A stretch of DNA of 20,000 nt from Chiloscyllium plagiosum (Eukaryota), in the NCBI RefSeq assembly GCF_004010195.1, contig NC_057720.1:16926190-16946189 (forward strand). Direction: 5' to 3'. A program made the translations under genes and the position numbers. How positions within the stretch are numbered: the first letter of the stretch is position 1; each line of letters begins with the position of its first letter. The notes below the pieces were generated by a model. It worked only from the letters and a program-made list of their open reading frames with translations. It searched no databases and had not been told where the DNA came from. This document shows, one piece after another, positions 11,220 through 20,000 of the stretch.

Positions 11220-11536
11220 TCTACTGGAAGAGCTTAGCTAAGGAGTGGCATGTCTGGAGCACAAATCTTTGGTACTGTTTGTGGAATGTTGTCAGGGCCC
11301 ATAACCTTTGTGCTCTCCGTGCCTCTCGTTGTTTCTTTTATCACATGGAGCAAATGGAATTGGCTGAAGTCTGGTATTTGTAGTGCTGGGGACCACTGGA
11401 AGAGGCTGAGATGGACCATCCACTTGACTGAAGATTGCTTCGAATGTTTCAGCCTTGTGATTTGCACTGATGTGTTGGATTCTTCCGTCATTGAGGGTGG
11501 GGATATTTGTGAAGCCGCCTCCTCCATTGAGTTGTT

Positions 11537-11942
11537 TAGAATCATCGAATCCCTGCAGTGTGGAAACAGACCCTTCGGCCCAACAAATCCACATCGAACC
11601 TTCAAAGAGTGACCCACCCAGATACATTTCCCTCCAGCCTATTATCCTATATTTACTCCTGACTAATGCACCTAACCTACGCATCCCTGAACATACGGGC
11701 AATTTACCTAAGCTGCACATCTTTCGATTGTGGGAGAAAATCCATGCAGACACTGAGAAAATGTTCAAACTCCACACAGACAGTCACCTGAGGTTGGGCT
11801 CAAACACAGGTCCCTTGAACTGAGAGGCAGCAGTGCTAACCACTGAACCACCGTGCTGCCCCAGACAGTCAGCCGAGGCTGGAATCGATCTCTGGTATCT
11901 GGCACTGTAAGACAGCAGTCCTAACCACTGAGCCACTGTGTC
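11537..11942 (-). mobile_element. HE1-type V-SINE (11537-11861) plus an extra tandem tRNA-head copy (11862-11942)
   Basis: Homologous to 1113-1436. CAGACAGTCA...CTAACCACTGA(A/G)CCAC occurs twice in tandem. Confidence 0.85.
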
Positions 11943-12900
11943 AGACAGCTGGACAACACTGCAGAAACTTGATCACCATCATTCACAGCTGGATGTGGCA
12001 GGACTGCAGAGCTTAGATCCGATCCTTTGGCTTTGGGATCATTTAACTCTGACAATCGCCTGCTGCTTATGCTGTTTGGTAGTTTCACAATGTTGGCCCC
12101 TCATTTTTAGGTGTGCCTGGTGCTGCTCCTGGTATGCCTGCTGCACTGTGTATTGAACCAGGATTGATCCCCTGACTTAATGGTAATGGTAGAGGTGGGG
12201 GATATGCCTGACCAATTCTGCTGCTGTTGATAACCCACAGCCCCTCATGGATGCTCAATATTGAATTGTTAGATCTGTCTGTCCCATTTAGTACAGTGAC
12301 AGTGCCACACAACATGTAGAGTATTGTCACTTTAAAGGTGGGACTTCGTCTCCACAAAAATTGTGCAGTGGTTGCTCTTAAGGACATCATGGCCAGTTGC
12401 ATCTGCAGCCAGCAGTTTGATAAGGATGAGTTTAAGTATAATTTTCCCTCTTCTTGGTTCCCTCCAACCCCTGCTGCAGAGAAAGTCTAGCAGCTATGTC
12501 CTTTAGGATCTCACATGCTCGATCCATAGTATATCCTGCAAAACTATTCTTGGTGGACATTAAAATCCCCCTCTCACTACATTTTGGGATCTTGCCACTC
12601 TGTTTCCTCCATGTGTTCAACATGGAAGTGCACTGATTCATCATTTGAAGGCAGATGGTATATGGTAATCTGCAGGAGGTCTCCTTGCCCATTATTTAAC
12701 CTAAAGCCTTGAGACTTCGTGGGGTCTGGAGTCAGTGCTGCAGATTCCCAGTACAAAGCAAAATGTATGCCACTGTGCCACCACCTGTAGTGGGTCTGTC
12801 CTGCCAGTGGAGTCTGTTGTCTGTAAGGTATGATTCCAGGAATATGACTGTATTTCATTTCTTTGAGTCTTCATAGTGAGTGAATTTAATTTGCTCATTT

Positions 12901-13297
12901 CCGAGGGCAGTTGAGAGTCAGCCACATTGCTTTGGGTCTGGAGTCATGTCGGGCCGAGAGTGTGGTGCTGGAAAAGCACAGCAGGTCAGGTAGCATCTGA
13001 GTAGCAGCAGAATTGACGTTTTGGGCAGAAGTACTTCATCAGGAATGAGTTTCTCTACAGTCATGTGGGCCAGACTAGATGAGGAAAGCAGATTTCTGTC
13101 CCTGAAAGACATTAGTGAGTCAAATGGGTTTTTTTCTGACAATCGACAATGCTTTCGTGATCATCAGTAGATTCTTTAATTTCAGATTTTTTTCTTGAAT
13201 TCAATTCCACCATCTGCCACTGTGGGATTCAAGCCACTCACTGAGTTTCTGGATTAATAGGCTTGTGGTAATCCCACTAGGCCAGAGCTTCCCCCTC
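12901..13297 (-). mobile_element. tRNA-headed SINE-like sequence forming the 5' end of the 10085-12900 LINE
   Basis: Minus strand has TGGCCTAGTGG (A box) and a decayed B box GCTTGAATCCC. Collinear homology with 17902-18176 up to ACTGCCCTC, then runs into LINE endonuclease sequence. Confidence 0.75.
12956..13058 (-). mobile_element. Penelope-like terminal fragment with decayed hammerhead, TSD-flanked
   Basis: Flanked by AGTCATGTCGGGCC (12942-12955) and AGTCATGTGGGCC (13059-13071). Minus strand CTGATGAAGTACTTCTGCCCAAAACGTC (G12 lost). Confidence 0.75.
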
Positions 13298-13716
13298 TTC
13301 ATAAATTAGCTGCAATGGTAGTTAGTTTGAATCCAGTAAATAGCTGCCATTTTGGTATTCACAACATGTGCACATATGGAGTAAAGTTGTTTTTAATTGT
13401 GGTGTGAAACAACTTTAAAGTTCAAAGAAATTTACTTGATACTACTGAGCTAATTTCTGATCAAATAATGTCTTCACTAATTTGCATTGGTTGTAAGCCA
13501 GTTTATGCTGTTGTAATATTGCCTACTTTCTTGAATTGTCTTGCACACATTTTGCGACAGGTCTGCCAAAGATCTGAGGCAAAATTGAAGGCTGGGAGGC
13601 ATTGAATAAGAGGGGTGTAATTATTTGTGGTGTTTCATGAGTTGCAGTAATCGTCTTAAGAATTGCTGCTTAGACTACTTGTGCATGCTTTGCTCCTTTA
13701 TCCAAAGGGCATTCGT

Positions 13717-13828
13717 GGGGTTTTCTTGTGCCATGGTAGTGTCCCTATCACAGTATCAGGAGGCCTAGGTTAAGCACCACCTGCTCCAAAAATGTGTAAC
13801 AACATCTCTGAACAGGTTAGGGAAAATA
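13717..13828 (+). mobile_element. Short tRNA-derived SINE, degraded
   Basis: tRNA-like head GTGCCATGGTAGTGTCCCT...GGAGGCCTAGGTTAAGCACCACCTGCTCCA, then a short body. Confidence 0.5.
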
Positions 13829-14705
13829 AGTTAAACATTTTATTAAGAGCATTGGTATCCTACATTCAGCATAAGGCTCTGATTTCAATTTTGAAAAGAG
13901 ACTTTTAGCTGTTTATACAGTGACACTGTGTCTGATTCAAATCATTGTTGCAGAGTAGTTGAACTGCCAAAAATTGAGGTTTTTTAAAAATTCTTTGCCA
14001 ACTTTTACCATGCTTGGGCGAGGGAACTGACGTTATTTAGTCCCTTGAAGCTTTTGCGTTATTCATTCTGCAGTGCATATTTCACCTTTTGACTTCCCAG
14101 AACTTATCAATGTTCCTTTTGGTTATTACTGGTTAGCTGTTTGCTATGCTGCTAGATGGATTATTGAGATTGTTACAAGTAGATAAATGTGGAGAATTAC
14201 AGCACCTTTTATCTGACTGAGGTTACATTGATTTTTTATACAATCTGCAGTTTAGACTGCCTTGCCTTTCCAACTGAAAGTTAATATGTCCTAATCATAC
14301 AAATCTGAAGAACTTTGGAAATTGTATTGGGAGTGGTAGAAGAGAGCAGTCTTAAATATACTGGTAATATTTAATGTTGGTCGAACTCTGCAGTTGCTAG
14401 TCACAATGTTGCTTGTCCTATGGGTTCATCTATGGACCTTGGCTGAATTTTGTCAGTTTGTTGATTGCTGAATGGAGCATTATGTAAAATAAATATACTG
14501 TCTTATTAACTGCATTGATTTTCCAATTTGCTACACATTGTGACATTGCTTGTCTAAGAACTTCATAGTATTCAAAGACAGTGTTTTATGGAAAGTCTTT
14601 GAGTAGGCTCCTTTTTAGCCATTTAAAAAAATTCAGACAAATATTTAAAGGAGAAAATGTGAAATATTTAAATTTATTAATCAGGATAGTGTATTTTAAT
14701 TATAA

Positions 14706-14909
<204 letters not shown>

Positions 14910-15339
14910 TGATATTGCTCTCTGGCACACCCCAATGAAATACTCTTGTTCCTAACCAAGCCTTTTATGGGAACTGTTTCAGCAATCAACTGTGATGTAA
15001 GTCTACATCAGGATTTTAGTTGAAGGGGTAAGGACTGATTTATTAGATTCTGGCAGACGCATCGAAAAACAGACCTGATGTATGCTTTGATATATCATAT
15101 ACTTTAGAATTGTATAATTTATGAGAATTTCAACAAGCAATTTTGGCAATGTAGCATGAGCAGAGCAAATGCATTCATAATGAGATTTTCTTAAGGTCAT
15201 GGATCAGCATTATCTTTTTCAAACTGAAGAAGACTCCACTTACAAATACACTGGTACTTTCTTCTCCCCACCCCAATAATTATTCCATTAAGTCATATAG
15301 CAGTCAGTTTTTTTGTTAAGCCTGTCATTTAAGGGTGTG

Positions 15340-15922
15340 ACCATAAGACGCAGGAGCAGAAGAAGGCCATTCAGCCCATGTATTTGGTAATTCAGTGAGA
15401 TCATGGCTAATCCATGATCCCCATAATCTTTGATTCCCTTACTAATTTTAAAAATTTATGCATCTGTCTTAAATATAGCCCTCTGTAGTAATGATTCCAC
15501 GGCGTCGCTATCCTGTACGAAATGATTCCTCCTCATCTGTTTTAAATAGGCAATCCCTTACTCCTGAGATTATGCCCTCTGTTTGCATACTCTTTGCAAG
15601 GGACAACAACCTCTCTGCATCTACACTGTCGAACACCTGAAGAACTGTATAATGGTTCAATAATGCCAGCTCTCAATTAGTAAAGTCCCAACCTACTTTA
15701 CGTCTCCTCAAAAGAAAATCTATCTCTGTAGCTAATTCTTTAAATCTCCTACCTGCCAACCCATCATGTCTAGTGAACATATTAACCTTTAGCCCCATTA
15801 GTTTCCGAAATATTTTTTCTCAAATGAAATTTATTGTTTATTTCCTCAATTGCCTTGGGCCCCTTGATTATTTAATTTTTGGAATATTATTCATGTCCTC
15901 TAATTTGAAGATGATACAAAAT
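15340..15922 (-). mobile_element. Old CR1 LINE, 3' end and internal pieces; continues at 17689-~17900 beyond the Penelope palindrome
   Basis: ACCATAAGACGCAGGAGCAGAAGAAGGCCATTCAGCCC is a reverse-complemented CR1 terminus. Sequences on both sides of the PLE join into the CR1 motif EMAEELSKYF.S.F. Confidence 0.65.
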
Positions 15923-16850
15923 GAGATTTGAGAAGATTTATACTTGGGTTGAGGTTCTGGATGTAGGTTTGCTTGTTGAGTTGGAAGGTTCATTTTCAGA
16001 CGTTTCGTCACTATACTAGGTAACATCTTCAGTGAGCTTCCGGACGAAGCATTGCTGATGATTCCTGCTTTCTCTTTATATGTTTGGGTTTCCTTGGGTT
16101 GGTGATGTCATTTTCTGTGGTGTCATTTCCTGTTCTTTTTCTCAGGGGGTAGTAAATCGGGTCCAAGTCCATGTGTTTGTTGATAGAGTTCTGGTTGGAA
16201 TGCCATGCTTCTAGGAATCCTCATGCGTGTCTCTGTTTGGCTTGTCCAAGGATGGATGTGTTGCCCGAGTCGAAGTGGTGGTCTTCCTCATCTATATGTA
16301 AGGATATTAGTGAGGGAGGGTCATGTTGTTTTGTGGCTAGTTAATTTTCATGTATCCTGGTGGGTAGTTTTCTGCCTGTTTGTCCAATGTAATGTTTGTT
16401 ACAGTCCTTGCACAGTATTTTGACATTAGTTTTGTTTGTTTTCTGTTCAACTTCATTAGCTGCTGTTTTAGTGTGTTGGTGGGTTAGTGGGCTACCATGA
16501 TGCCAAGGGGTCCGAGTAGTCTGGCAGTCATTTCCGAAATCTCTTGGACATAGGGGAGAGTGGCTAGGATTTCTGGATGTGTTTTGTCTGCTTGTTTGGG
16601 TTTGTTGCTGTGAAATCTGCGGACTGTGTTCATTGGGTACCCGTTCTTTTTGAATACACTGTACAGGTGATTTTACTCTGCTTAGTTCCTCTGTGCTGCA
16701 GTGTGTGGTGGCTCATTGGAGTGATGTTCTGATGCAGCTTCGTTTGTGGATGTCGGGGTGATTCTGTAGTTCAATATTTGGTCTGTATGTGTTGTTTTCC
16801 TGTAGATGCTGGTTTGACATTCCCCATTGGCTGTTCGCTCTACTGTGACA
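15923..16850 (-). mobile_element. Penelope-like element, 5'-truncated (left arm of palindrome): RT thumb/linker, GIY-YIG and terminal repeat
   Basis: Minus-strand VTVERTANGECQTSIYRKTTHTDQILNY (PLE YRK.THTD.YL motif), CKDCNKHYIGQTGRKL, HHFD..NTSILGQAKQRHA.GFLEAWHS. Confidence 0.9.
15996..16035 (-). ncRNA. Minimal type-I hammerhead ribozyme motif in PLE terminal repeat, core intact
   Basis: Minus strand UCA-CUGAAGA-U-GUUAC-CUAGUAUA-GUGAC-GAAAC-GUC-UGA: CUGANGA and GAAA core, 5-bp stem II, palindromic ACGU stem III, GUC cleavage triplet, 3-bp stem I. Confidence 0.75.
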
Positions 16851-17688
16851 TGGGGAACTTCAAACCAGCATCTACAGGAAAACAACACATACAGACTAAA
16901 TAGTGAATGAGAGAAGCAATCACTAACATCCACAAACGAAGCTGTATCAGAACATTATTCCAACGAGCCAACACACACTGCAGCACAGAGGAACTACGCA
17001 GAGCAAAGGAAAATCACCCATACCGTGTATTCAAAAAGAATGCGTACCCAGTGAACATAGTCCGCAGATTTCTCAGCAACAAACCCAAACAAGCAGACAA
17101 AACACATCCCGAAATCCTAGCCACTCTCCCCTACATCAAAGACATCTCGGAAATGACTGCCAGACTACTCAGACCCGTTGGTATCATGGTAGCCCACAAA
17201 CCCACCTACTCACTAAAACAGCAACTTGAAAGACCCTATACAGACAACAAGACAACATTTACAAAATATTGTGCAAGGACTGTAACAAAAACTACATTGG
17301 ACAAACAGGCAGAAAACTAGCCACAAAATGACATGACCCTCTCTCGCTAATATCCTTATATACAGATGAGGAAGGACACCAGTTCGACTGGGGCAACACA
17401 TCCATCCTAGGACAAGCCAAACAGAGACACGCACGAGAATTCCTAGAAGCATAGCATTCCAACCTGAAGTCATCAACAAACATATTGACTGGGACCTGAT
17501 TTACCACCCCCTGAGAAAAAGAACAGGAAGTGACATCACCAGAGGAAATGACATCAACCCAAGAAACCACAAACATATAAATAGAAAGCAGGAATCATCA
17601 GTAGTGCTTCATCCGCAGGCTCACTGAAAATGTTACCTAGTATGGTGACGAAATGTCTGAAAATGAACCTTCCAGCAAACCTACATCC
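16850..17688 (+). mobile_element. Penelope-like element, 5'-truncated (right arm of palindrome)
   Basis: ORF 16907-17320 (HKRSCIRTLFQRANTHCST...ATLPYIKDISEMTARLLRPVGIMVAHKP), then YIGQTGRKLAT after a frameshift. It is the reverse complement of the left arm. Confidence 0.9.
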
Positions 17689-17901
17689 ATGGCACGAAGT
17701 ATTTACTTAACTCCTCTGCCATTTTCTGGTTCCATATTATTATTTTCCAGCCTTGTTTTTTGAGGCATTAGCATTCACTTTGGCCTGTGTTTTCCCTTTT
17801 ATCCATTTAATTTATGATCCCCAACATATTATTCTAGAAAATTGCCTTAAATACAGTCTATGAATTTGTCTTCATGACTACATTTGCCAATTTGATTTTC
17901 T

Positions 17902-18250
17902 GCAATAGGCTCATGGTATTATTGCAGGACTATTAATCCAAAAACCCAGGTATTGTTCAGGGCACATGAGTTTGAATCCAGTTGTGGATGGTAGAATTTG
18001 AACTCCATATAAATCTGGAATTAAGTGTTTAATGATGACCATGAATCCTTTGCCGATGATGGAAAGCCCATTTGATTCACTAATGTCCTTTAGGGAAGGA
18101 AGTCTGCCATTCTTACCTAGTCAAGCCCACATGTGACTCCAAACACAGCAACATGTTGACGCTTAACTACCCTCTGGGCAAATAGGGATGGGCAATAAAT
18201 GTTGGCTTAGCCAACAATCCCTTCATTCTGTGAACAAATTTTTAAAAAGA
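17902..18250 (+). mobile_element. tRNA-derived SINE, full length (family not assigned)
   Basis: tRNA-like head with decayed A box and B box (GAGTTTGAATCC), body shared with 12901-13297, LINE-type tail GGCAAATAGGGATGGGCAATAAATG ending in an A-rich stretch. Confidence 0.8.
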
Positions 18251-19484
18251 ACCAAAAAATTGAAGACCTAGACATAAACTAAATACTTTACTTTGACATG
18301 AAAGGCTAGAAATATGCAACAATCAACTGGTTTCTTTTAGCAGAAACAACCAAATACTTGAGTGCTGAGAGTGTAAGGAGTCCAGTAATAGATTCTTTTA
18401 AATTTGTATTCTTCGCAATTTTACAAAAGATCACCTGAATTGCAGAAATATCCCCTAGAATATTACTCACCTAAACTATGACCTCACTCATGACTGTTAA
18501 AATCCTGAGTTATAGTTTCATTTGCTTTCCCCATTGGTTTTCATTCTTCATAAATCTTAGCTACTTCAGAACTATGTGGACTTTGTGGTGTTCCACTTAA
18601 ATGCTCTTCACATGATCCTTGTTGTCATCAACAAGCTCCAAGAGTACCTGCAGTTTCACAGTGCTCATCCTGGTTGTTAACTTTTATTCAACCTTATTTA
18701 GAAAATTAACTTCAGACTCTCAACCTGCCATCTGAATATGGAGTACTGCTTACTTAGCACTTGCTTTCCTCAGCTGTTGGATGTCCACTATCTCTTCCTT
18801 ATCTATTGAGTTTTACTACATTGTTGTTTCTATTCTCAAAACCTTTTCTTCCCCTTTGCGAACAGTTTCCTTATTTCCTCTTCTTAATGCAGAAAATGCA
18901 TACTTTAAATGGCTAAAATTAAAGCTAAGGATTTCAACAGTGGAACACATCAATTTCCAAACATTATGGATTCAGATGTTTTTTGTCTAGAATTTATTAA
19001 GAATTATTTTTCTTGTTGTAAAAGGATATCAAAACATTTTGGAAAATAAGTCAGTTTTTTTTTTGTCTGATCATAAAAATATGAAAAAGAATCATAAGTA
19101 ACTTAAACCTTCCTGACATCACATTAGAATAAGTGTGGAAATGTTTGAGGTTTCTTGAGCTACTGTTATCTTAATTTCTGAAATTCTTGGACTGTTCTGT
19201 GATAAATATAAAGTTGTGTCTGTTCTGTTTGCAAGTACAACATAGTTCAGCTACCCAGGTTCATACGGATAGACCTGGACAATTAATAAATATCACACTG
19301 ATCCAAGATTCTGTAACCACCTTGAATGTTCTTCATGAAGTAATTTGTTTTGTTCAAAATGCTGTGGGATGTCCTAAGGCATTGTATAAATCCAAGTTTC
19401 CTTCATATTTTCCCCCTTGTTTCATATTATAGAATCATAAGTTGCCTGTTCATTTTGCTTTGTGATTTCTTTTTTTGGTTGTTT

Positions 19485-19700
19485 TCCCCTGGCAACCAGG
19501 CTTCTGTGTGTACCTCAACCAATGTAGTATATTTTAATAAACCTGGATGTATTACATTGCTCGTTTTGGGATCTTACTGCCTACAAATTTGGCTCAGATT
19601 TTATAACAGTGCCTATATTTCAAAAATACTTCATTGGCTGTAAAACATTTCACGATTCCTGAGTTTGTGAATGATAATATAAATGCAAGTCCCTTTTTAT
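19485..19700 (+). mobile_element. Degraded DeuSINE (SacSINE1/AmnSINE1-like) 3' portion with L2-type tail
   Basis: ATTACATTGCT..TTTGGGATCTTACTG..ACAAATTTGGCT...ACAGTG..TATATTTCAAAAATACTTCATTGGCTGTAAAAC...TATAAATGCAAGTC matches the DeuSINE 3' consensus as recalled. A second tail remnant lies at ~19355-19405. Confidence 0.6.
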
Positions 19701-19859
19701 TTTTACTGATGAAGTGATTATCTTCCATTGCTAGTGTAAATTTCTCCCTGTTTTGACTGCAGTAGCTGCTGATTTTATCTATGATGATGTACCAAAAAAA
19801 GTTTAAATTTGTTTTCTTTAAATGTGCTTACAAGACAGGACCTGATTTCTAATGGCATC

Positions 19860-20000
19860 ATTCTGGATTAGTGGTGCTGGAAGAGCACAGCAATTCAGGC
19901 AGCATTCGAGGACAGGGAAAATCGACGTTTCGGGCAAAAGCCCTTCATCAGGAATAAAGGCAGAGAGCCTGAAGCGTGGAGAGATAAGCTAGAGGAGGGT
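19860..20000 (-). mobile_element. Young Penelope-like element terminal repeat, running off the window end
   Basis: Same subfamily as 11123-11219; CpGs preserved; contains an intact hammerhead core. Confidence 0.8.
19921..19955 (-). ncRNA. Minimal hammerhead ribozyme motif, core intact
   Basis: Minus strand AUUC-CUGAUGA-A-GGGC-UUUU-GCCC-GAAAC-GUC-GAU: perfect 4-bp stem II, palindromic ACGU stem III, weak stem I. Confidence 0.7.

Larger units (their letters stand above)
10085..12900 (-). mobile_element. Degraded APE-RT LINE (CR1/L2 group, distinct from the HER1-like CR1), split by inserts at ~10404-11106, 11123-11219 and 11537-11942
   Basis: Minus-strand motifs: endonuclease (LLQITIYHLPSNDESVHFHVEH; ILKDIAARLSLQQ), tether/RT (KVMGPDNIPQTVPKICAP; QDKSNPANY; KQHLLSSYLLSDTQF; MTALDVKA). 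Collinear across the inserts; 3' part is missing. Confidence 0.8.

Overview
This is vertebrate genomic DNA, almost certainly from an elasmobranch (shark), judging by HE1-type V-SINEs and their partner CR1 LINEs. It is mostly intron of a + strand gene recognisable as CDC7 kinase. Two coding exons are visible: the probable start-codon exon (6834-6951) and the exon ending in the kinase Gly-loop KIGEG (14752/14755-14838). The rest is a dense, nested set of retroelements: several CR1 LINE copies, HE1 SINEs, other tRNA-derived SINEs, a decayed APE-RT LINE whose 5' end is a tRNA-headed SINE body, and at least three Penelope-like element (PLE) families. The PLE copies carry minimal hammerhead-ribozyme motifs, two with an intact core, and repeatedly form inverted (fold-back) structures, including a ~1.77 kb palindrome. 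Most ORFs in the supplied track are TE-derived or spurious. All family assignments come from recall of motifs, not from database searches.
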